NCBI GenBank assembly: GCA_963755715.1
Contig: CAVWLW010000064.1
Span: forward strand, 1 to 64,000
Direction: 5' to 3'
Origin: an uncultured delta proteobacterium
GTDB taxonomy: Bacteria; Desulfobacterota; Binatia; UBA9968
Length of the DNA stretch: 64,000 bases
Positions 20,183 through 32,684 of the stretch are shown here, one piece after another. Made by a program: the position numbers and the translations under genes. Positions within the stretch are counted from its first letter, which is position 1; each line of letters starts with the position of its first letter. The notes under the pieces are model-generated. The model saw only the letters and a list, made by a program, of their open reading frames with translations. It was not told the DNA's origin and did no database searches.

Positions 20183-21181
20183 TCAGTTCGGCAGCCAGCA
20201 CACCGCTGCGATCTCGCTCAGCTCCCTGCGCAGCTTCGTCCATGAGGCGCCGGCGTCGTCGCTCCGATAAAGATAGCCATAACGGCTCGCGGCAAACATC
20301 GTATTCGGATCGTCCGAGTTCGTCCCGAACGTCCACATGGTCGAGTTCGGTTCCACCGGCAGTGGCAGCAACTTCCATTTCTTGCCGAAGTCTTCCGATT
20401 GCGCGATGGCGCCCGACGTTCCCGGTGTGAAGTCCCCGAAGCCTAACAAGACTCTTTTCGGATTCGCCGGATCCACTGCGATGCCGCGCAGATAATTTTC
20501 CTTTCGTGGATACTCCCAAGGCAGGGATTTCTGCATGTCGCGCGGCTCCCAGCTTTGGCCGTTGTCCGTGCTCGCGTAGATCTCCCGGTTGGCCATGATG
20601 AAAACGGTCTTCGGCGGTCCCGCAGTCACGGCGACATTGTGAATGTCCCGCCGTCCCGTAACATCCACGATGCTCCACGTATCGCCGCCGTCGCTGCTGT
20701 GCCGCGCGCCGTCCACTTCGAGGCTAGCCCAGATATGATTCGGCTCCAGCGGATCGACGGCAATGCCGGTGAATCGCGGCGTGCCGACCGCTTCGCATTC
20801 GGTCGCCACTTCGACCGGCCGCTTCTCCCAGCTCTGACCGCCGTCCTTCGAGCGAAAAAGCATTGCCGGCGTCGGCGTGCCGGTGCCGACAAATACGTTG
20901 TCTGGATTCACCGGATCGATGCCGATCGCCCAGACGTAATGAGGATTGAGCGCCGAGTCGAGGTACTTCCAGTTGGCGCCGCGATCCTCGCTGCGATACA
21001 GCCCTCGTTCGGTGCCTGCGAAGAGAATATTGTGCTGCTTCGGATGCATCGCGATGCAACGCACCGAAGCCTCGTAGGCAAATCCACGGCGCGGCCCGAT
21101 GCGCGCCCAAGTCTGTCCATTGTCTTCGCTCCGCATGATGCTCTGTCCGATCGTGCCGACGACAATCGTTACATCCTTCAT
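20183..21181 (-). CDS. BNR/Asp-box beta-propeller protein
   Basis: Repeated SxDxGxTW boxes (SEDNGQTW, SEDRGANW, SKDGGQSW, SSDGGDTW); no signal peptide. Confidence 0.85.
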   Translation of the reverse strand: MKDVTIVVGTIGQSIMRSEDNGQTWARIGPRRGFAYEASVRCIAMHPKQHNILFAGTERGLYRSEDRGANWKYLDSALNPHYVWAIGIDPVNPDNVFVGTGTPTPAMLFRSKDGGQSWEKRPVEVATECEAVGTPRFTGIAVDPLEPNHIWASLEVDGARHSSDGGDTWSIVDVTGRRDIHNVAVTAGPPKTVFIMANREIYASTDNGQSWEPRDMQKSLPWEYPRKENYLRGIAVDPANPKRVLLGFGDFTPGTSGAIAQSEDFGKKWKLLPLPVEPNSTMWTFGTNSDDPNTMFAASRYGYLYRSDDAGASWTKLRRELSEIAAVCWLPN

Positions 21182-21282
21182 GATTCCTCCTCAGACGGTT
21201 TGAACTTTTTGAACGGCTTGAACTTTTTCGACCCTTTAATGTGTTCGAATCCTACTCGCGCCTCTCGCCTCAAGCCTCACGC

Positions 21283-22258
21283 CTAAATATTCACCCGATG
21301 CATATCCCGGCTGCGCGGTCCGGCCACGGCCTCGGGCCGCAGAATCTCATTCAGCCGCGCTAAATCCTCGTTGCTTAACTTGATATCGGCGGCCTTGATA
21401 TTCTCCTCCAGATGATTGCGTGTCTTGTTGCTGGGAATCGGAATGATGTCGTTTCCCTGCGCCAACAGCCATGCCAGCGTCAGCTGCGCCGGTGTAACGC
21501 CTTTTTCCCGCGCGACCGCCTCGAACTTCGACAGCAATTGCAGGTTCCGTTCGAGATTGCCGGGTTGAAAGCGCGGGTGACCGTTCCGGCCCTCGCTGAG
21601 ATCGCTCTGGCCGTGTACGGCGCCGGCGAAAAAACCGCGACCTAGCGGCGAATACGCCATGAAGCCCATCTTGAACTCGCGGCAAGCTTGAATGTTGCCG
21701 CCTTCGGGATCGCGTGACCAAGGCGAGTATTCCATCTGCAAAGAACAAATCGGATGAATCTTGCGCGCGCGCCGGATCGAGTTCGCGCTCGCTTCCGACA
21801 AGTCCGATGTAACGCGTCAGTCCGCGCTCCACCAGCCGCGCCATCGCGCCCACCGACTCTTCGACCGGAATGTCGGGATCGACCCGCGACATGCAAAACA
21901 CGTCGAGAGCATCGATGCCCAAACGCTTGACGCTCTGCTCGCAGTTTTGCGTCAGATATTCCGGCGTGCTGCCGCTGCGGTTGCCTTGCGCATCCGGCGT
22001 GCGCGGACTGCCCGACTTCGAGTGAATCACGATCCGCTCGCGTCGGCCTTTTAGCGCCTTATTGATCAACTCATGATTGTGCCCGCTGCCATAGCTCGCC
22101 GACGTATCGATGAAGTTGATGCCGAGATCGAACGCCCGATGCAGCGTCGCGATCGATTCGTCGTCATCCGCCGGACCGTAGGCACCGGACATGCTCATGC
22201 AACCGAGCGCCAAATGAGAGACTTTGAACTCCGTCGTGCCAAACTGTACGTATTCCAT
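21283..22258 (-). CDS. Aldo/keto reductase (frameshift ~21795)
   Basis: LALGCMSMSGAYG, GINFIDTSASYG, IGL/SEA, QMEYSPW, AYSPLGRG. Confidence 0.88.
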
Positions 22259-22401
22259 GAGTGCCTCCGACCCGAGAGTTATCGCAGTCCGACGGACTGT
22301 GTCAAACTTCTCCACACAGTAATAGAAACGATTTCGATTAGCAGCTTACGCAAGTAAAGCACAACTTAATAACAGTAAGCCAAGGCAGCGTGAATGGAAG
22401 T

Positions 22402-23478
22402 TCAGAGCTCGCGCACCGCCGGCATCACTGCTTCAGCAAAGAGCCGCATCGACTTCAATGCTTTGTCCTGAGCTAGACTCCCCGAGGCGATGTTGAGCAT
22501 GAGTTGCTCAGGCTGGAGCGAGTCAATATAAAATTTGATCTTCTCGATACAGTCGTCCGGCGTGCCCCACACGGCCATGATATTCGGTCCTTCTTCAGCA
22601 ACGGCGTCGCGGGCTTTCTCCTGCGTGTGCAATTTTTCGAATGCCTCCTTCGAGGCGCTCTTGCTCGCATAGGTTTGTATTTGCTCCGTTTGCACCGGCC
22701 GACTCAGCCGGCCGCGCAAAAACACTTCGGCTTGGCTCGACAAGGCCAGCGCGCCGTTGTCGATCGCTTGTTCGCGATCACGAGCGACGTGCAGATGAAT
22801 TCCCAGAACCACGTCGCTCTTGGATGTTGCAGGAAGATTGTTTCGGTACGTCTCCGTCAAACCGCGCACGAGCTCGAAAGGAATACCGAGATAACCGGGC
22901 TGCACCAACCCCTGGCCGATTTTGCCGGCAAAGCTCGCGCTGGCCGGCGTGGTCGCTGCCGCCGTGTAAATCGGCGGATGCGGCCGCTGCACCGGCATGG
23001 GGCTCAATTTAAAATCGCGAAGCTGCCAGAACTCACCGTCTAGGTTTTCAATATATTCGCCCTTGAAAATCTCGACGAGCATGCGGATGCCTTCTTCGAA
23101 GCGCGCCGCGCTCTCTGTTGGATTTACCCCAAGGCGATTGATCACCCAAGGATGGCCGCGTCCGATGCCGACCATAATCCTGCCATTGGTAAGCAAATCC
23201 GCGGCGGCGACTTGGCTCGCCAGCATCGCCGGATGGTGGATGGGCATGCTGATGATGCCGGTGAGAAAGCGAATTCGGCTCGCCTGTTGCGCAGCGCCGA
23301 CGTAGAGTCCCAAGGGAAACGGCGAACAGGAAAATAGATCCTTGCCATAGCTCTCCGTGATCGAAAAAAAGTCGTAGCCCAGTGCGTCGGCGAGAGCGAT
23401 CTGCTCCAGAACCTCTGCATACGTCTGCTGCTCGGATTTGCCGGGGTACGAAAATTCGGTAAATAATCCAATCTTCAT
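22402..23478 (-). CDS. LLM-class (luciferase-like) flavin-dependent oxidoreductase
   Basis: MKIGLF, ADALGYD, HPAMLASQVAAADLLTNGRIMVGIGRG, PMPVQRPHPPI, WGTPDDC. Confidence 0.88.
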   Translation of the reverse strand: MKIGLFTEFSYPGKSEQQTYAEVLEQIALADALGYDFFSITESYGKDLFSCSPFPLGLYVGAAQQASRIRFLTGIISMPIHHPAMLASQVAAADLLTNGRIMVGIGRGHPWVINRLGVNPTESAARFEEGIRMLVEIFKGEYIENLDGEFWQLRDFKLSPMPVQRPHPPIYTAAATTPASASFAGKIGQGLVQPGYLGIPFELVRGLTETYRNNLPATSKSDVVLGIHLHVARDREQAIDNGALALSSQAEVFLRGRLSRPVQTEQIQTYASKSASKEAFEKLHTQEKARDAVAEEGPNIMAVWGTPDDCIEKIKFYIDSLQPEQLMLNIASGSLAQDKALKSMRLFAEAVMPAVREL

Positions 23479-23528
23479 CTGAATCCGGTTACCTATGAAC
23501 CTTGTACATTGAACTTTTGAACACGTTC

Positions 23529-24483
23529 TTACGCCCCGATTACCATCGTCGTCCCGACGCTGTTGGGAACAAAGGCAGTTGGCAAACTCCCGCGCAATCA
23601 GGTGCGTCGCTTTCCAGCCCGTACAGTGCTGCGGCACGATGACGCTCGGATTGAATTCTTTGAGCGCTTGAACCGTCGGTTGGATGATCGGCTCGAAGAT
23701 CGGCCCGGTGAGATGGAAGCCGCCGATGACCGCATGAATCTGATTCACGCCCGTCAATTCCCGCGCGCATTTCAATGTGTTCACCACGCCGGCGTGGCCG
23801 CAGCCGGTCAGCACGACGAGCCCTTTGCTCTTCACGTTGATGACGATCGCCTGATCGTCGTGAATCCACGGATCAGGCTGCCACTGGCCGTCGATCAGCG
23901 CGAGCTGGTTGGGACTGCCCTTCTCGAACGGCGTCGTGCGCGGGATCTGTCCGGTCACCAGCGCATGCCCGCCGATCAGCATCGTCGGACCGCGCTCTTC
24001 GATGATCTCGACATCTTCCGCTTCGAGGTCACGCCTGTTCGGCGGAAAATGTTCCGATTCGTGCCCGTCGGACTGGACGTTTTTACGTTTTAGATACGCG
24101 TCGGGATGGAGCACGATCGGCACTCTCGGCCGGCCGTAGCGTTTGATGAATCCCAGCAAACCGCGGGTGTGATCCGTGTGGCCGTGACTCAACACGACTG
24201 CGTGCAGCTCGTTGCCCTTGACTTCGAGCACATCCATATTATGCAGCACGCCGTCGACCGTCACGCCGGTATCGAACAAGAAGGAATCTTTATTACCGCC
24301 GTCAAACGTCGTGACGAGCATGGACACGCCGTGCTCGGCGCGGAGTTGCGGTTTATTTAGAGAGTCGCGCTCCCGCTTGGCGCGGCGGGCGATCGGCGTG
24401 CTGCCCATCAACACGTCGATGGAATTATCCATCACGCTGAGTATTTCCACTCTATCGACGGGCTTGAGCGGCACGACAGCCAT
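23529..24483 (-). CDS. MBL-fold metallo-hydrolase (frameshift ~23578)
   Basis: AEHG, LFDTG, SHGHTDH, TGCGHAG, GGFHL, QHCTG; true C-terminus AFVPNSVGTTMVIGA* is in the shifted frame. Confidence 0.85.
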
Positions 24484-24493
24484 GGGAAACCTC

Positions 24494-25333
24494 CTACTTC
24501 ACTTCGTGAAGAAACGGTTTCTTAAGCATCCAGTTGACAATCTGTTCGACAGTCTCGGACTCTTTGCCCAAATAGCCATGTGCGCTGAACGCATCGCACG
24601 GTCCCGACTGCGGCGGCGCACCGCCATACACCGTAATCAATGGATACTTGTCCGACAGCCGCGCCGCGTCGCTGTACGGTGTAACTTCGCATTGATCGCT
24701 CACGTGGTGCGTGAATAAGACGGGAATTTTGATCGTCGCGAAATCGAAATTGCTCAAACCGGGACCCGGCTCCTTTGATTTCCTGGGAGCTTGGCGAAAC
24801 ATCGTCGAGGTCAAGATCGCCCCGGCCGGCCGCGGACCGAGCCGAGCGCCCAGCGCCGCCGCAGAAATAGTTCCGCGGCTCGTCCCAATCAGAAATACCG
24901 GTACTTCGGGAAAGCGTTTGTCCAGATCGTCGATCACCGCCGAGATGTCGGTGAAGTGTGCGTCGCCGAGGCGAAACTCGTCGCTCATTCCCCAGCCGCC
25001 TTGTTGATCCGACGGCGCATCGATGATCGCCGCGAGCACACCGCGCTTCACAAACTCCGCCCGGCTACGCACCAGAAAATTACCCTGGCCAAATTTAGGC
25101 TGGCCGTTCTCTGATCGCAAATTTATCAAGCCGCCGGAACCTGGAAACAGCACCGCCACTGCCTGAAGATCTTTCGGCATGCTCGTGAGAAAATAGGACT
25201 GCGTCACGCCCGGCCGCGTGGACAGCGTAACGATCTCCTGCTGCGCCAAAGCAGCGTCTGGAAAACCGCAGAGCCACCGAATGAGGAACGCCAGCGCGAG
25301 TATTCGTGCCTTTGTCATTTTAGTTCGAATCAC
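24494..25333 (-). CDS. Secreted alpha/beta-fold hydrolase
   Basis: Signal peptide; LFPGSGG, GTSRG nucleophile elbow, HGYLG. Confidence 0.8.
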   Translation of the reverse strand: MIRTKMTKARILALAFLIRWLCGFPDAALAQQEIVTLSTRPGVTQSYFLTSMPKDLQAVAVLFPGSGGLINLRSENGQPKFGQGNFLVRSRAEFVKRGVLAAIIDAPSDQQGGWGMSDEFRLGDAHFTDISAVIDDLDKRFPEVPVFLIGTSRGTISAAALGARLGPRPAGAILTSTMFRQAPRKSKEPGPGLSNFDFATIKIPVLFTHHVSDQCEVTPYSDAARLSDKYPLITVYGGAPPQSGPCDAFSAHGYLGKESETVEQIVNWMLKKPFLHEVK

Positions 25334-26238
25334 TTCTTGATCGACTCATAAGCGACGGTAATATTTTGCGGCAAATTGTTTTGGTCGGCCCAGTCGGCAT
25401 ACTCCGGCATCTTGAGCTCTTTTTTGATTTCATCCAACGATTTTCCCTGAGCCGCCATCTCGCCGACCCGTTTGACGAGCAAATTATAGAACGCTTCGTA
25501 CTCGTCGAATATTTTCGTCGTGCTCACGGCGCCATGACCCGGAACAACGATTTCCGGGTTGAGCGACTTCATCAGCTTATAGCTCGCGAGCACGTCGGGG
25601 ATGCGCACAAACGGACGCAGATTGATGATGCTCTTCACGTTCGCCGCCGAGGCCGCGAACAGCACGCGTTCCTTGGGCAGCCAAATCGCCGTATCCGCCT
25701 CGCTGTGGACGTTCTTGAGATAGAGCAGCTCGAAGGTGCGTTCGCCCAGATTGATCGTCATGCGATTCCGATACTCGATCTGCGGCACGACCATTTTGTA
25801 ACCTTTCACCGCTTCGGCCATCTCCGGCGATTCCGCCGCCAGGGTTTCAACGCGCTTCGGATCGAATCCCTTCCTCATCGCCGCTCCTGCTCCTTCGGCG
25901 TTGATGACCACGGCCGGCGGCGAAAACACCCAGTGGCCGAAGGTGTGGTCGTTATGCACTTCGGTGTCGATGACGAAGCGTACTGGCTTATCCGTGAGCT
26001 TCTTCACGCCGGCCATCAACCGATGCGTGTCGGGCGGCCTTTGGCAGGTGTCGATGATCACCGGGCCTTCCTCCGTCAACACGACGCTGCATGTCGAGTT
26101 CCCTTCCTTGGCCGCATAAACATAAATACCATCCTTCACTTTGGTGAACCCGGGACCCAGGTCCTGCGCCTGGACAGAAAATGGCATCGCCAACATCGAC
26201 AACCAGACAAAAAGCCCGCCGATCAGTCCTGTTTTCAT
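25330..26238 (-). CDS. Secreted MBL-fold hydrolase
   Basis: Signal peptide; TEVHNDHTFG, HSEAD, VPGHG. Confidence 0.85.
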   Translation of the reverse strand: MKTGLIGGLFVWLSMLAMPFSVQAQDLGPGFTKVKDGIYVYAAKEGNSTCSVVLTEEGPVIIDTCQRPPDTHRLMAGVKKLTDKPVRFVIDTEVHNDHTFGHWVFSPPAVVINAEGAGAAMRKGFDPKRVETLAAESPEMAEAVKGYKMVVPQIEYRNRMTINLGERTFELLYLKNVHSEADTAIWLPKERVLFAASAANVKSIINLRPFVRIPDVLASYKLMKSLNPEIVVPGHGAVSTTKIFDEYEAFYNLLVKRVGEMAAQGKSLDEIKKELKMPEYADWADQNNLPQNITVAYESIKK

Positions 26239-26393
26239 AGCTGCCTCCCGAATAAGTTAAGTTCGACCTGACGGAAGCTAATGAAAATTTAAGGCCGTCG
26301 TCAAGAGACGAAAGACTGAATTAAAAAAGCTCGATGGCATTGACCACCCACGAGCCTTTGTAATAAGAATTCAGCCCTAAACCGGAGGCAGAT

Positions 26394-27423
26394 ATGAAGA
26401 AACTAATTCTCGTTCTGTCATCGTTTCTTTTCTGCGTCGTCGCCGCGCCGGCTCAAACGCCTTATTATCAGGGAAAAACCATCAGAATCGTCACCGGCTA
26501 TCCGGCCGGCGATGTCAACGATCTGTGGCCCCGGCTGATCACGCAGCACATGGGCAAATACATTCCCGGCAATCCCAACTTCATCGTGCAGAATATGCCC
26601 GGGAGCCAGCTCGATGATCGCGGCGAATTACGTCTACAGCGTCGCGAAGCCGGACGGTCTCACATTGGGCTGGATCGCGCCTACGCTTTACTTCGACCAG
26701 CTCGTCGGCCGCAAAGAAGCAAAATACGATTGGGCCAAATACAGCTTCATCGGCTCGCCGGCGCAAAGCGAGCACCATCTCTACATGCGCGCCGATACCC
26801 CGTACAAAACCATCGAAGACGTGCGCAAAGCCAGCGAGCCGCCCAAATGCGGTTCCGGCGGCGCCACCGGCACGGGTTACTACTTTCCGAAACTTCTCGA
26901 GGAAACGGTCGCCGCCAAGTTCAACATCGTGCTCGGCTATCAAGGCGGCGGACCCATCGATCTGGCGGTGGAAAAAGGCGAGATTCAATGCCGCGCCATG
27001 ACTATTGAATCGTTCATGGCACGCGAGCCTTTCCATACCTGGCGCAAGAACAACTTCGTCCGGAGCCTGGCGCAGTCGGGACGCAAGCGCGACCCACGGC
27101 TACCCGACACGCCGACGATTTTCGAATTGATGGACCAGTACAAGACCCCGGATCAGTCGCGCCGCGTGGCGACGGTAATCCTCGCCGGTGGCGTCTTCGG
27201 CCGCCCCTTGGTCGGGCCGGCGGGAATTCCGCCGGAGCGCTTAAAAATCCTTCGCAGCGCCGTCGCCAGCGCGCTCAAAGATCCCGAGCTCAAGGCCGAA
27301 GCTGAAAAAAGAAATTACGAGCTCGATCCGGTCGGCGGCGACGAAATGCAGCGCCTTGCCAAAGAAGTCATGAGTCAACCGCCCGTCGTGATCGAGAGAA
27401 TGAGGAAAGTTCTGGGCGAATAG
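26394..27423 (+). CDS. TctC/Bug-like binding protein (frameshift ~26604)
   Basis: PYYQGKTIRIVTGYPAG, QNMPG/ASSMIAANY, KPDG, GYQGG. Confidence 0.85.
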
Positions 27424-27493
27424 GTGTTCGCCGCCGATTGGGTTTCCCTGGCAGTGTGCGTGCAAACGGATTCAACGACGGCAGAAGCAACCG

Positions 27494-28501
27494 TTACCCC
27501 TTGCCGAAAATTTCTTGGAACAATTTTACATAGCGGTCAAAGTTCTCGTAAACCTGATCGGCGGTGAAAACCGCGGAAAATCCTTGAGCCAGTTTCGGCG
27601 GATCAGGCAAAACGTCGATCCGATCTGGCACGCGCCGTTGCGCGCGAATGGTTTCTTGCCCGGCTTTCGACAAAACAAAATCGATGAACAGCTTTCCCGC
27701 GTTTGCGTGCGGCGCTTTCGCCGACAGACTCATTGGATTGAGATTGCCGTAGACCGGGTCGAGGGCCACCCAATCCACCGGCGCGCCGTCGCGCTTCAAG
27801 TTCTCGAAATTCTGCGAGTACGCCGCCAACGCGGAATTGACTTCGCCCGCCGCAACTAACTGCGCCAGCAAAGTGCGGCCGTTGCGCAGCTGCGGCTGCT
27901 GCTTCGCCAGTTCGCGCATGAAGGCCAGGCCTTTCTCCTGTCCCATCCCCTGCAACATTACTGCAAACCACTCGTATGCGGTCTGCACGATGCCGATCTG
28001 CCCTCGCCAAATCGGTTTGAGCAGGTCGGCGTGCGTCTTCGGCAGATTGTCTCGACCGACCAAGCGGCTGTTGTAACCCAGCACGGTGTAATTGGTGTAG
28101 ATCGACGTCCACATTGCCTGCGCATCTTTGTGGCCTGGGCGAATAAACTTACGCTCTGGCGAATCGTAAGCCGCCAACATGCCGCGCTTCTTAAGATTGA
28201 AAGCGTAGAAACCCGTGGTGCTCACGACATCCCAATCATATTTGCCGGCGCGCGATTCAGCGAGGATGCGCTCCATCAGTTGAGCATCGCCAGCGCGGTA
28301 GAATTGCGCGTCGATCTTTGGATAGAGTTCTTTGAACCGATCGATGATGCGGCGCGCGTCGGTCGCTCCCAACGACGCGTACCACGTGAGCTTGCCTTCA
28401 GCCTCCGCTTTGTCCTTCCATTCGGATGCCTGAGCCGATGTAATCGACAACCAAACGATTGTCGAAAAAATCCACGAGAAATATCGGCAAGCTTTCCGCA
28501 T
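27494..28501 (-). CDS. ABC substrate-binding protein (Fe3+/polyamine-binding-like family)
   Basis: AEAEGKLTWY, LGYNSRLV, DLLKPIWRG, APHANAGKLFIDFVLS. Confidence 0.85.
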   Translation of the reverse strand: MRKACRYFSWIFSTIVWLSITSAQASEWKDKAEAEGKLTWYASLGATDARRIIDRFKELYPKIDAQFYRAGDAQLMERILAESRAGKYDWDVVSTTGFYAFNLKKRGMLAAYDSPERKFIRPGHKDAQAMWTSIYTNYTVLGYNSRLVGRDNLPKTHADLLKPIWRGQIGIVQTAYEWFAVMLQGMGQEKGLAFMRELAKQQPQLRNGRTLLAQLVAAGEVNSALAAYSQNFENLKRDGAPVDWVALDPVYGNLNPMSLSAKAPHANAGKLFIDFVLSKAGQETIRAQRRVPDRIDVLPDPPKLAQGFSAVFTADQVYENFDRYVKLFQEIFGKG

Positions 28502-28529
28502 TCCACGACTCGAAAAAATTTAGATGGCT

Positions 28530-29318
28530 CTAATTTTTCAAAAACCCGTGCTTCCTAAGAAATATCAAGACATGCTCATCGAACGTCCCGGGATCTTCCA
28601 AGCAACAGGCGTGCCCGGCGCCGCGAATCATGCGATGTTCCGCGCCGGCGATGCGCGTGCTCATATCTTTGCTGCGCTTCAGCGAATTATCGAATTCGCC
28701 GTTCATGATCAGCACCGGCATTTTCAGCTCAGGCAATCGCGCCGTCAAATCGCGATTCTGCAGTGCGTGGAATATCTCGGCGATGGCGGGCGCGCTCAAG
28801 CGTGCATCCATCTCGGTGTGCATGCCGAGCAGATACTGGCCCCGTCGGCTCTGCGCAAAATCCTTGCTGACGAGATCGGTCAGATGTTGAATATGAAATT
28901 TCTCGACGCCTTGCTTCATGTATCCGTCGATCCGGCTCGGGTAGCGATCGCCGGGCATGCTGCTGCAACCGACTAAAATTAGCGCCTTGAACAGCTCAGG
29001 GTAATCTAATCCCAGCTGCAGCCCCATCACACCGCCGACGCTGACTCCGGCGAAAATCGCCTCACGCGCGCCCTCTTGATGACACACCGCAACTACGTCC
29101 TCGCAGAGATCGGTCACGGTAACCGGGACACTCGGCTTGTCTGAATAGCCATAGCCGCGCAGATCGATATTGATCATTTTAAAGTGAGTGGACAAATGCG
29201 CCACTTGATAGAGAAACAGGCGCCGGTCAAACGGATTGGCATGCATCAAAACGAAGGGATAGCCTTCGCCGCTCACTTCGTAGTAGGTTTTAATGCCGTT
29301 TCTTGTGCAATAAGGCAT
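28530..29318 (-). CDS. Alpha/beta hydrolase
   Basis: DLRGYGYS, GVSVGG, GEFD, GAGH. Confidence 0.88.
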   Translation of the reverse strand: MPYCTRNGIKTYYEVSGEGYPFVLMHANPFDRRLFLYQVAHLSTHFKMINIDLRGYGYSDKPSVPVTVTDLCEDVVAVCHQEGAREAIFAGVSVGGVMGLQLGLDYPELFKALILVGCSSMPGDRYPSRIDGYMKQGVEKFHIQHLTDLVSKDFAQSRRGQYLLGMHTEMDARLSAPAIAEIFHALQNRDLTARLPELKMPVLIMNGEFDNSLKRSKDMSTRIAGAEHRMIRGAGHACCLEDPGTFDEHVLIFLRKHGFLKN

Positions 29319-29437
29319 CGACTTCCTCCTACTATAGACGCGGCATTCTACGGGCAAGAGTTGAGCGAAGCAAGACGAATGCGCGAATCAGCGGTGAAAA
29401 TACCCACCCATTGTAAGAAGTGGAAAAAGCATGGTTA

Positions 29438-29540
29438 GGACTGGACCCGCGATTAAAACTTTCGGGGGTGACGGGTCGAGAATAAGTTACATCGATGTTC
29501 GGACAGTTCGTCATTCCCGCATGCTTCTAGCGGGAATCCA
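29438..29540. repeat. GTCATTCCCGC-type REP pair
   Basis: CTGGACCCGCG...GGGGTGACG / CGTCATTCCCGCATGCTTCTAGCGGGAATCCA, at the left edge of the hydrogenase cluster. Confidence 0.7.
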
Positions 29541-29612
29541 GGCGACCGATGCAGATGTGAGGCTGAGCGGATCCGCGAAATCTCCCCGTCGAAATTACCG
29601 GATACGTGCGAT

Positions 29613-30677
29613 CTAGCAGATCCGCGGCAACTGTTCACCAAACAACACGTCGACCACTCGCGTGCCGCCGATAGCGGTTTTCATCAGCACCATTGCCGGA
29701 GGGTCGGCGACCACTTCGCCGATCACCCGGGCTTCTTTCCCAAGCGGATGCGCGCGCATTTTTTGCAGCACTGCCGCGGCGTCTGCCTGATCGACGATCG
29801 CCAAAAGCTTGCCTTCGTTGGCGACATAGAGGGGATCGAGGCCGAGAATTTCGCAAGCGCCTTGCACTGACTCCCGCACCGGAATCTGACGCTCGTCGAT
29901 GACCATGCCGACGCGCGAGCTTGCGGCAAGCTCGTTGAGCGTCGTCGCCACGCCGCCGCGTGTCGGATCTCTCAGGCAATGGATTCGCTCGCTGGCCTCG
30001 ATCATTTCGGCGACCAGCGTGTGCAACGGCGCCGTGTCGCTTTCAATAGCGCTCTCGAACTCCAGGTTCTCGCGCCGCGACATGATCGCTATGCCGTGAT
30101 CTCCGACAGTGCCGCTGAGCAGAATCTTGTCGCCCGGCCGCGCCCGGTCAGCTGATATTCTCAACTTGCTATCGACCAAACCGATACCGGTGGTAGTAAT
30201 GAAGATCTTGTCACCCTTGCCGCGGTTGACCACTTTGGTATCGCCGGTGACCAGTTGCACGCCGCCGCAGCGCGCCGCCGCGCTCATCGAGCCGACGACG
30301 CGCTCCAGATCAGCCATCGCCAGTCCTTCTTCCAAAATAAACGCCGCCGCGATGTAAAGCGGTTTGGCTCCGCTCATGGCCAGATCGTTGATGGTACCGT
30401 TGATTGCCAAGTCGCCGATGTTGCCGCCCGGGAAAAAAATCGGCGTGACGACGAACGCGTCCGTGGTAAACGCCACCCGCGCTCCTTCGATCGGCAAGAC
30501 GGCCTGATCGTCGAGGCGGGAGAGAAACTCATTCTTGAACGCCGGCAAAAAGATCTTTTGAAGGAGTTCGGCGGAAAGCTTGCCGCCGCTGCCATGTCCG
30601 AGCACGATCTGTTGCTGATCGCGAATCGGAACAGGGCATACCGCGCCGACCAGATCTGCGCCTATCTCCTGGTCCAT
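29613..30677 (-). CDS. hypE: Hydrogenase maturation carbamoyl dehydratase
   Basis: HGSGG, TTDAFVV, GTINDLAM, DPTRGG, C-terminal PRIC. Confidence 0.97.
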   Translation of the reverse strand: MDQEIGADLVGAVCPVPIRDQQQIVLGHGSGGKLSAELLQKIFLPAFKNEFLSRLDDQAVLPIEGARVAFTTDAFVVTPIFFPGGNIGDLAINGTINDLAMSGAKPLYIAAAFILEEGLAMADLERVVGSMSAAARCGGVQLVTGDTKVVNRGKGDKIFITTTGIGLVDSKLRISADRARPGDKILLSGTVGDHGIAIMSRRENLEFESAIESDTAPLHTLVAEMIEASERIHCLRDPTRGGVATTLNELAASSRVGMVIDERQIPVRESVQGACEILGLDPLYVANEGKLLAIVDQADAAAVLQKMRAHPLGKEARVIGEVVADPPAMVLMKTAIGGTRVVDVLFGEQLPRIC

Positions 30678-31289
30678 TAAATAACGTCCTCCTCGCCCAT
30701 CGCGACGTGAATCAGATCCCAGAGAATGTGAAGCAAAGCGACGTGACATTCTTGAATGCGGTGAATGCTGAAGCTTGGCACGGTAAAAGAATACTCGGCA
30801 ACCTCGCGTAGCCGGCCACCGTCCTTACCGGAGAACGCGATGGTCAACAGCCCTTTCTTGCGCGCCGCCTGCAACGCATAAATCAAATTGGGCGATTGCC
30901 CGCTGGTGGAAATAGCCAGAGCCATGTCCCCCGGTTTGGCCCAGAGAGCAAGCTGGTCGACAAAAATCTTTGCATAGTCCTTGTCGTTGGAGATCGCGGT
31001 CAGCACCGGTATCTGGCTTACCAAATCGCGCGCCGGCAAAGCCCGGCGCTTGTCGATGATGGGATGGATGAATTCCACCGCCACATGTTGCGCGTCACAG
31101 GCGCTGCCGCCGTTGCCCATGACCCAGAGCTCGTGCCCCGCCTGGAATCGGCCAGCCATCTTTTCGCACAGCTCGGCAATTTGCTCGGCATACAAACGGA
31201 AAAATTTCTCTTTCACTTCGACGGACTCGCGGCACTTGCGCAGAACTTTCTCGCTCAGGGCGTGACCCGCTGCACGGGCGCCGTTGCCT

Positions 31290-31300
<11 letters not shown>
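30677..31300 (-). CDS. SIS-domain (GmhA-like) protein
   Basis: [29 protein letters not shown]. Confidence 0.88.
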
Positions 31301-32401
<1,101 letters not shown>

Positions 32402-32405
<4 letters not shown>

Positions 32406-32683
32406 GATGAAGTTCCTCTTCGAACTTCGTCATCTATCTGCGCGTCAGCAAGCTCGCTGAGTTGACCCATCTCTTCGAGCAAGCGGTAAGTGCGCGCCGC
32501 TTCCTCTTCATCCAACTTACTGATGGCGAAGCCGACATGGACGACGACGTAATCGCCGGCGACCGCCTCGGGGACATACTGCAAGCAGGCCTCGCGCACG
32601 ATCCCGCCGAACTGAACCTTGGCCATGCGCAGGCCCTGCGATTCATAGGCGTCGAGAATTTTACCGGGAATACCAAGACACAC
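32402..32683 (-). CDS. hypC: HypC/HupF chaperone (copy 2)
   Basis: [18 protein letters not shown]. Confidence 0.95.
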
Positions 32684-32684
32684 T

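Noticed and set aside
22402-24483. Apparent 693-aa MBL-hydrolase/luciferase-like fusion
   Set aside because: A 1-nt shift near 23578 bypasses the MBL C-terminus (AFVPNSVGTTMVIGA*); the linker reads through an intergenic TTGAAC array and the LLM gene has its own ATG at 23478
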